The notes beneath the pieces were generated by a model, which saw nothing but the letters and a program-made list of their open reading frames with translations, was not told the DNA's origin and did not search any database. The translations under genes and the position numbers were made by a program. Positions 1 to 11,026 of a DNA stretch of 64,000 nucleotides are shown here, in pieces (the stretch's first letter is position 1; each line of letters starts with the position of its first letter). The DNA is from Candidatus Marinacidobacterales bacterium (GTDB lineage: Bacteria; Acidobacteriota; Vicinamibacteria; Marinacidobacterales; SMYC01), in the NCBI GenBank assembly GCA_965237955.1, contig OZ250169.1, positions 6,976,001-7,040,000 on the forward strand, given 5' to 3'.

Positions 1-315
1 ATGAACTCGTCGCCGCCAAAGCGGATCGGGTAGCCGCTATCTCCGGCCACTTCCTTCAAGAGCCCGGCGACGAACACGAGCGCTTCGTCGCCGCCGTCAT
101 GACCGTAGGTATCGTTGATGTCCTTGAACAGATCGACGTCCACGACGATCAAGGACAACGGGAAGCTGTCCTCGCTGTCCCAATGGACTTTGTGCTCGAT
201 GTAGCTGTGGAGAAAGCGCCGGTTGTGGATAACCGGTCAACTCGTCTTCGAATATAAGACGCGAGGGATCCTTTCCTACATTTTGTAGGAAATCGATGAG
301 CTCGCCGTACTGCAT
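1..315 (-). CDS. Diguanylate cyclase (GGDEF domain), runs off the window edge, with a 1-bp frameshift near 231
   Basis: Manual translation across the frameshift gives MQYGELIDFL...FEDELTG/IHNRRFL...LSLIVVDVDLFKDINDTYGHDGGDEAL...IRFGGDEF. Confidence 0.88.
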
Positions 316-497
316 CGAGAAGCGTATCTCCCCGCTGAAAAATCGGCCGGCCGCGCACGCGCGGCAAGACGAAAAGTCTTCGGGATTTTGAACGTGTACT
401 AACAGGTTATCGGATAGAGTCGTAGCGCGCAACCTGCGCGCTTTGACCCTCAGAAAAGAAGTCGAAATTCTAGAAAAAGGATAAGCTCCTAAGAATC

Positions 498-2111
498 ATG
501 AACCTACGCCGGTTTTGCTTCTTCCTGTTGTTGGCGCTGTCGGCGCCTTCGCTGGCGAGCGCCGACGAGTCGTCTCCACGACTTCTGCTGCTTCTGACGA
601 TCGACCAGGGGCGCGGCGACTACCTGGAGCGGTTCCGACCCGCCCTCAGTGGCGGGCTCGCGCGGCTTGTGGACGAGGGCGTCGTGTTCACCGATGCCCA
701 CCACGCCCACGCCCATACGGTGACCGCGGCAGGGCATGCCGCGCTGTCGACCAGACGCCATCCAGGGAGCTCGGGGATGGTCGGCAACAACTTTTACGAT
801 CGATCGGAGGGCAGATGGGTTTACTGCGTCGAGGACCGCACCTCCGCCGTGCTCATACCCGAAGGAGCCGACGGGAGCTCGCCGGGACGTTCGCCGGCGC
901 GCCTTTTGGGAACGGGTCTCGCCGACTGGATCCAATCGGCCAGCCCCGAGTCCAAGGTTTATTCCGTGGGAGGAAAGGATCGCGCCTCCATCCTCATGGG
1001 CGGGAAGAACGCGGACACCGCGTACTGGTACGATCTCAGAACCGGTCACTGGGTGACGAGCGACTATTACACGAGCGCGTATCCAGCTTGGGTTTCAACC
1101 TTTCAGCGAGAACGGCGCGTGGACTCGTACTTCGGCACCACGTGGTCGCCCCTCCCGGTATTGGAAGCGCTCCTTTCGCGGATGGAGATCGACCTCGCGA
1201 GCGGGTCGTTCTCACGCGTGTTCGGACGCGCGAGCCTGTACCCGAACCCGGGGTATTACAACGCGGTGTTCGACTCGCCGTTTCTCGAATCCTTTCTGTT
1301 CGACTTCGCCGAGCGGATGGTCGCCGAGGAAGCGCTCGGCGCCGACGACGCCATCGACGTGCTCGCGTTGAGCTTCGCGAGCGTCGACACCGTCGGTCAC
1401 GGTTACGGTCCGAACAGCCGCGAGCTCCTCGACACCCTCCTGAGGCTCGATCGCGAGCTCGGCGAGTTCTTTCGGTTTCTCGACGAGACCATCGGCCTCG
1501 ACCGCGTCGCCGTATCTCTTTCGGCCGACCATGGCGTCGCGCCGGTTCCCGAGTACCGGGCGTCGAAAGGCCTTTCGGGTGCGCGCCGGTCTACCGAGGA
1601 CTACGTTTGCGTTCAGAGGGCGGGGCAGGCGTTCGAGAAGAAGTTCGGCGACGACGACTGGTTCGTCCGACCGTATCACTTCGACTATGAAACGCTCGCG
1701 CGGCGCAACGTGTCACGGGCGACACTCGAGTCTGCGCTGAAAGCGGAGCTCGTCCAGTGTCCCAACATCGCCCAGGTGTGGACGCGAACCGAGATCGAGG
1801 CAGCCGGCACGAGCGTCTCGATCGACCCGACTCTAGAGCTCTTTGTCCACTCGTTCCATCCGGAACGCAGCCCCGACCTCTACGTCGTGGAGAAAGAGTT
1901 CCTCGTTGGCAACCTCACCGGCACCACTCACGGCTCACCCTACCATTACGACACGCACGTGCTCGCTCTCATAAGATGGCCCGGCGCGAAACCGTCGTCG
2001 GTGTCCGAGCGCATTCATACCGTGGATCTACCGGTGACGCTAGCGTCCCTGCTCGGCGTAACGACGCCGGAGGCCCTCGACGGCGTCGATCGATCGAAGC
2101 TCATTCGGTGA
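498..2111 (+). CDS. Secreted alkaline phosphatase-superfamily protein (PafA/nucleotide pyrophosphatase type)
   Basis: Signal peptide; motifs TIDQ, HAHTVTAAGHA (Thr nucleophile), KDR, DTVGHGYGP, SADHG, THGSPY. Confidence 0.9.
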   Translation: MNLRRFCFFLLLALSAPSLASADESSPRLLLLLTIDQGRGDYLERFRPALSGGLARLVDEGVVFTDAHHAHAHTVTAAGHAALSTRRHPGSSGMVGNNFYDRSEGRWVYCVEDRTSAVLIPEGADGSSPGRSPARLLGTGLADWIQSASPESKVYSVGGKDRASILMGGKNADTAYWYDLRTGHWVTSDYYTSAYPAWVSTFQRERRVDSYFGTTWSPLPVLEALLSRMEIDLASGSFSRVFGRASLYPNPGYYNAVFDSPFLESFLFDFAERMVAEEALGADDAIDVLALSFASVDTVGHGYGPNSRELLDTLLRLDRELGEFFRFLDETIGLDRVAVSLSADHGVAPVPEYRASKGLSGARRSTEDYVCVQRAGQAFEKKFGDDDWFVRPYHFDYETLARRNVSRATLESALKAELVQCPNIAQVWTRTEIEAAGTSVSIDPTLELFVHSFHPERSPDLYVVEKEFLVGNLTGTTHGSPYHYDTHVLALIRWPGAKPSSVSERIHTVDLPVTLASLLGVTTPEALDGVDRSKLIR

Positions 2112-2125
2112 AATCGGCCATCAGC

Positions 2126-3268
2126 TTACCTGTCGAAGATTTCTTTTTGGACGATCAGCCTTTGGATTTGGCTGGTGCCTTCATAGATTTGGTAGATCTT
2201 GGCGTCGCGGTAGAGTTTTTCTACTGGGTATTCCTTGTTGAAGCCGTTGCCGCCGAAGACTTGGACAGCGTCGGTGGCGACCTTCACGGCCGTGTCTGCG
2301 GCGAACAGCTTCGCGAACGCGGCTTGCTTGGTGTTGCGCTTGCCCTGATCGATGGCCCACGCCGACTCCCACACGAGGAGCCGTGCCGCCTGGATCGCCA
2401 CTGCCATGTCGGCGATCATGAAACCGATCGATTGGTGCTTGTAAATAGGTACTCCGAAGGTCTTCCGTTCCTTCGCGTACGCGACGGCGTGATCGTACGC
2501 CGATTGCGCTAGCCCCACGGCGGCGGACGACACCACCGGGCGGGAGTGGTCGAATGCGGACATCGCCACGCGCCACCCGTCACCCTCTTCTCCGATCCGG
2601 TTCTCGATGGGAACCTTCACGTCCTGAAACGTGACCGCACGCGTGTCGGAAGCTCGCTGGCCCATGTTGTTCTCTTTCTTGCCGACGGAAACGCCGTCGG
2701 AATCGCGCGGGACGATAAATGCCGACATGCCTCGGTAGCGTTGCTCTGGCTCGGTATAGGCGACCACGAAGTACCAATCCGCAACGCCGCCGTTCGTGAT
2801 CCAAATCTTGCTTCCGTTGAGAACGTACGCATCGCCTTGGCGCTTGGCCATCGATTGGATTCCCTGGACGTCGCTTCCGGCACCGGACTCGGTGACACAG
2901 TAAGCGGTGAGCAGGAACTCATCGGCAAACGGCGTGAGCCATTTCTTCTTCTGCTCGTCGCTTCCGGCGACGATCACCGGGCCCTCGGCGAGCGCGTTCG
3001 CTTCCATCGCGGTGCCGATGCCGGTGCAACCCCAAGAAACTTGCTCGGCGATGACACAGCCTTCGAGGACGCCGAGGCCGAGTCCGCCGTACTCCTCGGG
3101 GATGTGCGTGTTCATCAGACCGAGCTCCCACGCCTGGCGACAGATCTCCATCGGGTACTCCCCGGTGTCGTCGTGGTACGCCGCCTTGGGAACGATCTCT
3201 TTTTCGGCAAACTCGCGGGCGAGATCACGGAACTGTTTCTGCTCTTCACTCAAGCCAAAATCGATCAT
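2126..3268 (-). CDS. Acyl-CoA dehydrogenase
   Basis: [39 protein letters not shown]. Confidence 0.95.
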   Translation of the reverse strand: MIDFGLSEEQKQFRDLAREFAEKEIVPKAAYHDDTGEYPMEICRQAWELGLMNTHIPEEYGGLGLGVLEGCVIAEQVSWGCTGIGTAMEANALAEGPVIVAGSDEQKKKWLTPFADEFLLTAYCVTESGAGSDVQGIQSMAKRQGDAYVLNGSKIWITNGGVADWYFVVAYTEPEQRYRGMSAFIVPRDSDGVSVGKKENNMGQRASDTRAVTFQDVKVPIENRIGEEGDGWRVAMSAFDHSRPVVSSAAVGLAQSAYDHAVAYAKERKTFGVPIYKHQSIGFMIADMAVAIQAARLLVWESAWAIDQGKRNTKQAAFAKLFAADTAVKVATDAVQVFGGNGFNKEYPVEKLYRDAKIYQIYEGTSQIQRLIVQKEIFDR

Positions 3269-3270
3269 GC

Positions 3271-4056
3271 TTATTTCCCCTTGAAATCAGGAGGTCGTTT
3301 TTCACCGAAAGCGCGAAGCCCTTCGAGCGCATCCTCGGAGCGAAAGCACGCGAGTTGTGCCTCTTCCTCGTAATCGAGAATCTCATCGAGCGAGGCATGC
3401 TCCGCGCGCGCGATACCCTCTTTGGCGTAACGAATCGAGGTCGGCGCCGCGCGCGCGAGCTCGAGTGCCGTCTCAAGCGTCCTCTCGACGAGCGATTCGT
3501 GATCCACGACAACGTTTACGAGACCAAGCTTCAGTGCTTCCTCGGCGTCGATGAGACGGCCGGAGAAGATGAGGTCGCGGGCGACGGCAGCGCTGCCCAG
3601 TCGCGTCAGAAAATAGGTGCCGCCCCAGTCCGGGTGCAAACCGATGCGCGCGAAGCTCGCGCCGAAACGCGCCTTGTTCGAGGCGACACGGAGATCGCAC
3701 GCAAGCGCCAAGCTGAAGCCCGCACCGGCGGCAACGCCGTTGACGGATGCGAGCGTCGGGATCGGGAGCGAGGAGAGCCGCTTCACGACGTTCTTACCCT
3801 GCTCGATGAAAGGCTTCAGCTCGTCCGCACTCCCCTCGACGCGCATCGACGCCAGGGCGCGGACGTCGCCTCCGCTGCAAAACGCTTTGCCCGCACCGGT
3901 TAGAACGAGCACGCGTGCACTTTGGGCGGCTTCGTCGATCGCGGCCAGGAGATCCGCGCGCATCGAGCCGACGAACGCGTTCAGGGCGTCGGGACGATTC
4001 AGCGTAATCGTCGCAATAGAGTCGTCGAATCCGAACTCGATATGCTCCCACGCCAT
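3271..4056 (-). CDS. Enoyl-CoA hydratase/isomerase (crotonase, PaaG-like)
   Basis: [38 protein letters not shown]; start placed at MAWEH. Confidence 0.92.
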   Translation of the reverse strand: MAWEHIEFGFDDSIATITLNRPDALNAFVGSMRADLLAAIDEAAQSARVLVLTGAGKAFCSGGDVRALASMRVEGSADELKPFIEQGKNVVKRLSSLPIPTLASVNGVAAGAGFSLALACDLRVASNKARFGASFARIGLHPDWGGTYFLTRLGSAAVARDLIFSGRLIDAEEALKLGLVNVVVDHESLVERTLETALELARAAPTSIRYAKEGIARAEHASLDEILDYEEEAQLACFRSEDALEGLRAFGEKRPPDFKGK

Positions 4057-4067
4057 CTCCGCGGAGC

Positions 4068-5252
4068 CTACAACGCTTCGATCAGCAACGCGAGGCCCAT
4101 CCCACCGCTGATGCACAGGGTCGCGATGCCGCGCTTCGCTTTGCGCTTGGCCATCTCATGGGCGAGGGTGACGACGATACGCGCACCGGTGGCGCCGATG
4201 GGATGACCGAGCGCGATCGCACCGCCGTTAACGTTGAGCCGATCGAGATCGAGCTCGAGCTCACGGTGACACGCAAGGACTTGGGCCGCGAACGCTTCGT
4301 TGAGCTCGATCAGATCGATGTCGTCCAGTCTGAGACCGGTCCTATCCAAGAGCTTTCGAATAGCCGGGACGGGTCCGATGCCCATGATGGCCGGATCGAC
4401 TCCAGCGGAGGCGTAGCCGACGATGCGCGCCATCGGCTCCACGCCGAGAGCCGAGGCCTTGTCTTCGCTCAGCACGACAAGAGCGGCCGCACCATCCGTG
4501 ATACCAGAGGCGTTTCCGGCATGCACGGTACCGTCTTTTCGAAAAACCGGAGCGAGCTTGGAGAGGCTCTCTAGCGTCACGCCATCTCGCGGGTGCGCAT
4601 CGGTGTCGATGACTTCGACGGTGCCTTTGCGAGCTGGAACTTCGACGGGAACGATCTCGTCTCGGAACCGTCCCTCTCGGCGAGCTCTCTCGCAGCGATG
4701 CTGTGTCTCCACCGCGTAGCGATCCGACTCCTCGCGGGTGATACCGTACTTGTCGACTAGATTCTCCGCGGTGTCGCCCATGAGCTGCTCGCACAGCGGG
4801 CACAAGAAGCCGTCGCGGTACATCCCGTCGACGACTTCGGTGTTGCCGAGGCGGTGTCCCCAGCGTGCATCGAGCAGCATGTAGGGGGTGTTGCTCATGC
4901 TCTCGGTGCCACCGGCAAGCACGACGTCCGCGTCGCCGAGCGCAATCGCGCCGTAGGCGTTCATGATGGCCTTGAGGCTCGATCCGCACGCCTTATTAAT
5001 AGTGTGGGCGGGCACGGCATCTCCGGGCCCAGCGTGGTACGCGACCTGTCTCGCGACGTTCGGGCGAACGCCGGCTTGGCGGCCGTTTCCGAAAATGACT
5101 TCGTCGACCGCTTCGGCAGGGACACCGCTTTTTTTCAGAGCACCTTTGGCCGCGGCGACACCGAGGTCACCGGCTTGTAAGGATTTGAGGGCGCCACCGA
5201 ACTTGCCAATGGGAGTTCGTGCTGCGCCTGCTATTACGATGGATTTAGTCAT
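4068..5252 (-). CDS. Acetyl-CoA acetyltransferase (thiolase)
   Basis: [36 protein letters not shown]. Confidence 0.95.
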   Translation of the reverse strand: MTKSIVIAGAARTPIGKFGGALKSLQAGDLGVAAAKGALKKSGVPAEAVDEVIFGNGRQAGVRPNVARQVAYHAGPGDAVPAHTINKACGSSLKAIMNAYGAIALGDADVVLAGGTESMSNTPYMLLDARWGHRLGNTEVVDGMYRDGFLCPLCEQLMGDTAENLVDKYGITREESDRYAVETQHRCERARREGRFRDEIVPVEVPARKGTVEVIDTDAHPRDGVTLESLSKLAPVFRKDGTVHAGNASGITDGAAALVVLSEDKASALGVEPMARIVGYASAGVDPAIMGIGPVPAIRKLLDRTGLRLDDIDLIELNEAFAAQVLACHRELELDLDRLNVNGGAIALGHPIGATGARIVVTLAHEMAKRKAKRGIATLCISGGMGLALLIEAL

Positions 5253-6663
5253 TGCGTGTTCTATCTTTCCTCACGTATTCGAACTCGAACGGCTTGCCTT
5301 TGACTCCCGATTTCGGCGGGGCGATCCAACTGGCGATCTTGCCGGGCTCGACGACGGGGTGCATCAGGCTCTTGATGAAGGCGTGATCTTCTTCCGAAGG
5401 AAGCCACTCGCCTCGCTTTTGGTTCCACTCGTCCTCCGAGATGAGCTCCCCTTCGGGATTGAAGTGATAATCGCCATACGCGCCAAACTGGCGATGGAAG
5501 CGTCGATGGGGCATCGTCAGACAATCGGAAATGCCGGCCTCTTCGAGAATCTTGTTCCAACGCGTCACGCCCCGTTGGCAGTCTTGGAGGTAGTCATCCC
5601 GCAAGATCTCGTTCATCGCGTTACGCATCGGGATCTCTTCCTTCACGATCTTGGTGTCCTTGACGAGCTCCATCGTGTAGTAGCTGTCGAGACACTTGTG
5701 TTCATCGTAGCTGTCTTCGCGATTGCGGCCCTTCACACCGGTTGCGAAGTACTGCGCTGCGTTCGTCGAGACCTCGCCGCCGAAGAGATCCGTTGATGCG
5801 CTCACCCAGAAGTTCAAATACTTCTGGATCGTGAGAAGATCGATGCCGCCGTGCTCTCGTACGTTGTCGCCGTGCTCCCTCATGAGCTGGGCGGCGCGCT
5901 CGACGATCCGCCCGACACCCGTTTCGCCGACGGACATGTGGAACGCCTCTTCGGTGAGCATGAACTTCGTCGTCCGCGCCAGAGGGTCGAACCCGCTCTC
6001 CGCCAGCGCGAGGAGCTGATATTTGCCGTCGCGATCGGTAAACATCGTGAACATGTAGAAATTCAGCCAGTCGTCGCACGGCTGATTGAACGCGCCGAGA
6101 ATGCGGGGCTTGTCCTGGTCGCCGCTCCGGCGCTGAAGGAGGCCTTCCGCTTCTTCGCGACCATCGCGACCGAAATACGAATGCAGCAGATAGACCATCG
6201 CCCAGAGATGGCGGCCCTCTTCGACATTCACTTGAAAGAGATTCCGCAGATCGTAGTTGCTCGGCGCGGTTTTGCCGAGCTGGCGTTGTTGCTCGACACT
6301 GGCCGGCTCGGTATCACCCTGGGTGACGATGAGCCTCCGGAGCTGGGTGCGCATCTCGCCCGGCACGTCCTGCCACACCGGTTTTCCCTCGTTGTCTCCG
6401 AAGCCGATCTTGGGATCCTCTTCGGCGGGTGCCAGGAAGATTCCCCACCGGTACTCGGGCATTTTCACGTAGTCGTAGTGCGCCCAGCCGCCGGGCTCCA
6501 CCGAGATGGCAGCGCGAAGGTAGATGTCGTCGTTCTGGAATCCGTCGGGCCCCATCTCCATCCACCAGTCGACGTAGTTGGGCTGCCATTTCTCCAAAGC
6601 GCGTTTGAGCTTCGGATCGGCAGACAAGTTCACGTTGTTCGGAATCTTCTCGTGAAGCTCCAT
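5245..6663 (-). CDS. boxB: Benzoyl-CoA 2,3-epoxidase subunit B (diiron)
   Basis: EKIPNNVNL, VTQGDTEPASVEQQR, NVEEGRHLWAM, DRDGKYQL, TEEAFH; GGAGGA RBS before ATG 6663. Confidence 0.95.
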   Translation of the reverse strand: MELHEKIPNNVNLSADPKLKRALEKWQPNYVDWWMEMGPDGFQNDDIYLRAAISVEPGGWAHYDYVKMPEYRWGIFLAPAEEDPKIGFGDNEGKPVWQDVPGEMRTQLRRLIVTQGDTEPASVEQQRQLGKTAPSNYDLRNLFQVNVEEGRHLWAMVYLLHSYFGRDGREEAEGLLQRRSGDQDKPRILGAFNQPCDDWLNFYMFTMFTDRDGKYQLLALAESGFDPLARTTKFMLTEEAFHMSVGETGVGRIVERAAQLMREHGDNVREHGGIDLLTIQKYLNFWVSASTDLFGGEVSTNAAQYFATGVKGRNREDSYDEHKCLDSYYTMELVKDTKIVKEEIPMRNAMNEILRDDYLQDCQRGVTRWNKILEEAGISDCLTMPHRRFHRQFGAYGDYHFNPEGELISEDEWNQKRGEWLPSEEDHAFIKSLMHPVVEPGKIASWIAPPKSGVKGKPFEFEYVRKDRTRND

Positions 6664-6667
6664 GGTC

Positions 6668-8314
6668 TCAGGTCCTCCTCCAGTCGAACTCGGGCATGCT
6701 TTGCTTGCCGTAGAGCGTGAGCGCGCCCTTCTCACCAACCGCGTTGGGGCGCTGAAAAATCCAGTTCTGCCACGCGGTGAGGCGTCCGAAAATCTTGCTC
6801 TCGAGCGTTTCCGGCCCCGCGAACCGAAGCGACGCTTCCATACCGGTCATGGCATCCGGCGAGAAACCGCAGCGCTCTTCGATCGCGATACGCACTTCGT
6901 CGTCCCAATCGAGATCATCGGGAGCGAAGGTGACCAGGCCGAGCTCGAGCGCAGCACTGGCCCAAATGAGTCTGCCGAGGCCGTCGCTCTCGAGCGCTTT
7001 AACCAGCGCTTCGGCGTCACCAAGAAAGCGCGTCGCGAGCCGCGAGAGCCCGTTGGCTTTGGGAAAGCGAACTTTGTTGAGCGGGCCGACCGCGATGTGC
7101 ACCGGGCGGTCGGGATCGTCGAGCATGTAGCTGCGGTCCGCGGCGAGCGCCAGCTCGAGGAGGCTTCCCGCGAAACACGAGCCGGGCTCGATGAGCGCGA
7201 AAATGCTCCGCGCCGTCTGATCGATCCGCTTGAACACGCGGCGCATCTTCAAGAGGATCTCGTTGACCAGCCAATGATCGGCGTGCTTGCTCAACGTCTC
7301 GTCGACGGCGAGCACAGTGTCGCAGCTCCCTTGGGTCTTGATAAGCAGAAGCCCGCACGTCGCCTCGTTGAATCGAAGATGGCAGAGTGCGTCGTCGAGC
7401 TCGCGTGCGACCGCGAGCGGCCAGTAGTCAGAACCCGCGTCACGGATCGCCTCGGGCGTTTGCGGCTGCTCGCCTTCGGGTCCTCGCACCACGATCTCGG
7501 CGCGACGGCTGTCTTCGTCGATGGTGACGGTGACATGTTTATACTCGAGAGACTTATCGGTTCGCTTCGCGTCGAGCGGCTTCAGCTCGATGCCGGGACC
7601 CTTTGCATTCCGCGTCGACGTTTTCGCCAAGGCTTCCGCTCGCTCCTTTACGGCCTCGTCGAAACGGCTGCGCGCGGCCAAGGCGTCGACGAGCTTCCAC
7701 TCGATGGCGCGCTGTCCCTTGATGCCTTCGACGAGCGTCGAGAACACGTCCGCGCGATCGCGGCGCACCATCCTTTTGTCGACGAGACGCGTGAGCCCCC
7801 CCGTTCCCGGAAGCACCGCCAGAAGAGGCGCCTCGGGAAGCGCCACTGCGGCGTTGCCATCGTCCACCAGCAGGATTTCATCGGCGGCGAGTGCCAACTC
7901 GTAGCCTCCGCCCGACGTGATGCCATTCAACGCGGCGAGATATTTCTGACCGCTCTCCTTGCTCGCCTCTTCCATGCCGAGCCGGGTCTCGTTCGTGTAC
8001 TTACAGAAATTGACTTTGAAGTTGTGGGTCGAGCTCGCGAGCATATAGATGTTGGCGCCCGCCGAGAAGATCCGATCCTTGCCACTGGCAATGACGACGG
8101 CTTTCACTTCCGGATGCTCGAAACGCAGTCGCTCGACGGCATCGGCGAGCTCGATATCGACGCTCAAGTCGTAGCTGTTGAGTTTGAGCTGGTAATCCGG
8201 CCGCAGCCCCGCGTCCTCTTGAACATCGAGCGTGAGCGTCGCCACCTGCCCGTCGACTGCGAGCTTGAAGTGCTTGTAGCGGCTCGGATCCGTCTCGAAA
8301 TAAATGGGTTCCAT
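6668..8314 (-). CDS. boxC: 2,3-epoxybenzoyl-CoA dihydrolase (tandem crotonase domains)
   Basis: LKLNSYDL, LRFEHPEV, KVNFCKYTNETR, IFGRLTAWQNWIFQRPNAVG; adjacent to boxB. Confidence 0.93.
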   Translation of the reverse strand: MEPIYFETDPSRYKHFKLAVDGQVATLTLDVQEDAGLRPDYQLKLNSYDLSVDIELADAVERLRFEHPEVKAVVIASGKDRIFSAGANIYMLASSTHNFKVNFCKYTNETRLGMEEASKESGQKYLAALNGITSGGGYELALAADEILLVDDGNAAVALPEAPLLAVLPGTGGLTRLVDKRMVRRDRADVFSTLVEGIKGQRAIEWKLVDALAARSRFDEAVKERAEALAKTSTRNAKGPGIELKPLDAKRTDKSLEYKHVTVTIDEDSRRAEIVVRGPEGEQPQTPEAIRDAGSDYWPLAVARELDDALCHLRFNEATCGLLLIKTQGSCDTVLAVDETLSKHADHWLVNEILLKMRRVFKRIDQTARSIFALIEPGSCFAGSLLELALAADRSYMLDDPDRPVHIAVGPLNKVRFPKANGLSRLATRFLGDAEALVKALESDGLGRLIWASAALELGLVTFAPDDLDWDDEVRIAIEERCGFSPDAMTGMEASLRFAGPETLESKIFGRLTAWQNWIFQRPNAVGEKGALTLYGKQSMPEFDWRRT

Positions 8315-8337
8315 CAAAATACCTCCGTGTCCGTAAC

Positions 8338-8385
8338 ATGCATTATACTACTTGTTATACGATCTAACCATGCAATATAATACAC
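8338..8385. promoter_or_regulatory. Divergent boxC/boxR promoter with two BoxR/BzdR-type operator boxes
   Basis: ATGCATTATACTAC (8338) and ATGCAATATAATAC (8370), 32 bp apart, resemble TGCA-N6-TGCA operators; TATAAT at 8376-8381. Confidence 0.7.
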
Positions 8386-8387
8386 GT

Positions 8388-9125
8388 ATGCGGCCCGAGG
8401 TGTTTCTCAAAGAGCTGGGAAAGCGCGTCCGAGCGGGGCGCCTTCTCAACGGGTTGAGCCAGCGGCGCCTCGCGGAGCTCGCCGGACTGTCCCCCCGCTA
8501 CGTCTCGCAGCTCGAATCGGGTCACGGCAACATCTCCATTGTGCGGCTTTACGAGTTGACCCAGGCGCTCGGTGTCGCGCTCCACGATATGGTACGGGTG
8601 GTACGGCTCGAGGGTCGGCGTCGCATCATAGCGCTCATTGGACTACGCGGGGCGGGAAAGAGCACGGTGGGCAAGAACGTGGCGGAGATGCTCGGGCGTC
8701 CCTTCGTCGAGCTCGACGCACTCATCGAAGAAGAGGCCGGGCTCGGGCTCGCCGAGATTTTCGCCCTGCATGGTGAAAGCTATTACCGCCGCCTCGAGCA
8801 TGACGTCCTCTCGCAGCTCGTCTCCGCCGAGTGCGACGCGGTTCTCGCGACCGGCGGAAGCCTCGCGACCGAGCGCCCGACGTTCGAGCTCTTGAAGGGG
8901 AGCACCGTGACGATTTGGCTCAAAGCCAAACCCGAGCAACACCTCGAACGCGTCGCAGCACAGGGCGATCGCCGTCCCATGGCGGGACGCGCCGATCCGC
9001 TCGCCGAGCTGCGCACGCTCCTCAAAGAGCGCGAGCCACTCTACCGCGAAGCGGAGATCGTCGTCGACACCAGCGCGCTCACCTCGCAACAAGTAGCCGA
9101 CGAGATTCTTCGGAAGATCGCATAG
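8388..9125 (+). CDS. boxR: XRE helix-turn-helix plus shikimate-kinase-like regulator (BoxR/BzdR family)
   Basis: N-terminal HTH (LSQRRLAELAGLSPRYVSQLESG), IALIGLRGAGKST P-loop, QGDRRPM; divergent from boxCB. Confidence 0.9.
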   Translation: MRPEVFLKELGKRVRAGRLLNGLSQRRLAELAGLSPRYVSQLESGHGNISIVRLYELTQALGVALHDMVRVVRLEGRRRIIALIGLRGAGKSTVGKNVAEMLGRPFVELDALIEEEAGLGLAEIFALHGESYYRRLEHDVLSQLVSAECDAVLATGGSLATERPTFELLKGSTVTIWLKAKPEQHLERVAAQGDRRPMAGRADPLAELRTLLKEREPLYREAEIVVDTSALTSQQVADEILRKIA

Positions 9126-9142
9126 AGTACAATCTGTTCATC

Positions 9143-11026
9143 ATGAACATGCTGGGCCTGCAGCGGTTCACTGCGCTCGCGTGTCTTCTCAGCTTCCCCG
9201 CGCTCGCTCAGGAAATGATCGAGCCTATCGAGCTTCTCACGATCCCGCACATCCTGAAGACCCCGGTCATTGCCGATTTTGCTCTCGCGCCCGACGGCAA
9301 CCTCCTTGCCCTCAGCCTGTCGGCGCTCGGAAAGCAGACCGTGTGGATGATCCCGCCCGACGACGCCGCCGGCTCTCCGATCGCAACCACTCGAGGCTCG
9401 AACGAGCGAGACGTCGAGTGGTCCCCCGATGGCGAGCGCATCGCTTTTGTCGGAAGCCGGGGGAGACAGTGGCACATCTTCGTGTCGGATCCGAAAGGTG
9501 AGAACGCGCGCCAGCTCACTCGTCATCGAGGTCGAGATCGCCGGCCGCGCTTCTCGCCCGATGGGACGCACATTGCTTATTTGTCCGAGCGCATCGCGAC
9601 CGACACCGGATGGGACCTGTGGGTGATGTCGCTTGCGGAAGGACGTCCGCGACAACTGACGAGCCATCCGTTCGATGAGGCCGACCCGCGCTTCTCGCCC
9701 GATGGGACGCAGATCGCAATCACGTTCCGCGCCGGACGACACGTCAACCGTCGCATCGCGATCGTCTCGTCGGCGGGCGGCGACCTCATCGACCTCCTGC
9801 CGACCGCGTGGGAGGGAGATAGCTTTGGCGCCCGGTGGTCGCCCGACGGAACCAAGCTCGTGTTCGTCTCCGACGAGAGCGGTCGCAAAGCCGTCTACAC
9901 CGTGGCGGTTGCGCGCAGCCAACCGGCGCTCGTGGTCGATTCGGACTTCGAGCTGACCGAGCCCGCGTGGAGTCCGGACGGCCAGCGGATCGCGTATCTC
10001 GAAAACCGCGACGGCAATCTACGGCTGAAGCTCTACGATCTCGATAGCGGGAAAGACAGGACGTTGACGCTTCGAGCCGGCGTGCACTCACAGCCTGAAT
10101 GGCGAAGCGACGGGACCGCTGTCCTCGCCATGTTCGAAGCGTGGAACTACCCGCGGGACGTTTGGGCGTATCCGGTGGAAGGCGGACGCGAACGGTTGAG
10201 CGACACGCTACCACCCGAGCTCGACGTGCGGCGCATGGTGCGCCCGGAGCTGGTTCGCTTCGAAAGCTTCGACGAGCGGGAGATCACGGGGTTTTTGTAC
10301 GCTCCCGAAGATGCAAGCCCCGAGAATCCGGCTTCCCTTCTCGTGCGGCCCCACGGTGGTCCCACGTCCCAATGGAAAAACGGCTGGCACCCGTTCGCGC
10401 AGCTTCTCGCGCAGCAAGGCTACGCCGTTTTCGCGCCGAACGTTCGTGGTAGCACCGGCTACGGTCTCGATTTCGAAAACCTCAACGACCGCGCCTGGGG
10501 GCAAGGGGATCTCGAAGACTTGATCGCGGGCACGCGCTCTCTCTCGGAGCGTCCGGAGATCCGGGACGACCGCATCGGCATCTGGGGGGTGAGCTACGGC
10601 GGGTTTCTGACGCTCGCGGCCGTGACTCGCTATCCCGAGCTCTTCGCGTGTGCGATCGAGGCCGTCGGCATGCCCGATCTCGAAAAGCTCTACCGCGAGA
10701 CCACCATCGAAGGCACGAGCTACTTGGACCGGGAGATCGGCCCGCTGCGAGGAAATCTCGAGCTCTATCGAAGCTTGTCGCCGGTGCGCGACGTCGCGAA
10801 CATCGAAGTGCCGCTCCTCTCGTTTCATGGCCAGATCTACCCGCTCGTTCCGTACGAAACCAAAAAGCCTTTTTTCGACGCCATTCGAAAACGTCCGGAC
10901 TACCCGCTCATCGAGCTCTTCTTCAAGGATGCGGAAGTGCGAGGGACCTACCGCCACGAACTTCACCCGGAAGCTGCCTGGGCTTACGTCGAAAAGATTC
11001 TGGAGTTTCTGGAAATCTACCTGTGA
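9143..11026 (+). CDS. S9 family (acylaminoacyl/prolyl oligo) peptidase with PD40 beta-propeller
   Basis: Signal peptide, repeated W/FSPDG, HGGP, NVRGSTGYG, GVSYGG. Confidence 0.88.
   Translation: MNMLGLQRFTALACLLSFPALAQEMIEPIELLTIPHILKTPVIADFALAPDGNLLALSLSALGKQTVWMIPPDDAAGSPIATTRGSNERDVEWSPDGERIAFVGSRGRQWHIFVSDPKGENARQLTRHRGRDRRPRFSPDGTHIAYLSERIATDTGWDLWVMSLAEGRPRQLTSHPFDEADPRFSPDGTQIAITFRAGRHVNRRIAIVSSAGGDLIDLLPTAWEGDSFGARWSPDGTKLVFVSDESGRKAVYTVAVARSQPALVVDSDFELTEPAWSPDGQRIAYLENRDGNLRLKLYDLDSGKDRTLTLRAGVHSQPEWRSDGTAVLAMFEAWNYPRDVWAYPVEGGRERLSDTLPPELDVRRMVRPELVRFESFDEREITGFLYAPEDASPENPASLLVRPHGGPTSQWKNGWHPFAQLLAQQGYAVFAPNVRGSTGYGLDFENLNDRAWGQGDLEDLIAGTRSLSERPEIRDDRIGIWGVSYGGFLTLAAVTRYPELFACAIEAVGMPDLEKLYRETTIEGTSYLDREIGPLRGNLELYRSLSPVRDVANIEVPLLSFHGQIYPLVPYETKKPFFDAIRKRPDYPLIELFFKDAEVRGTYRHELHPEAAWAYVEKILEFLEIYL

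Noticed and set aside
272-292. Perfect 9-bp palindrome TTTCCTACA-TTT-TGTAGGAAA
   Set aside because: It lies inside the GGDEF coding sequence, occurs once, and could be chance.
6662-8380. Long antisense or alternate-frame ORFs (also 515-1690, 51981-53606, 54313-55647 and most of 53510-55240)
   Set aside because: These are shadow frames of high-GC genes with no motifs; only the last 153 codons of 53510-55240 are real (ybeY).
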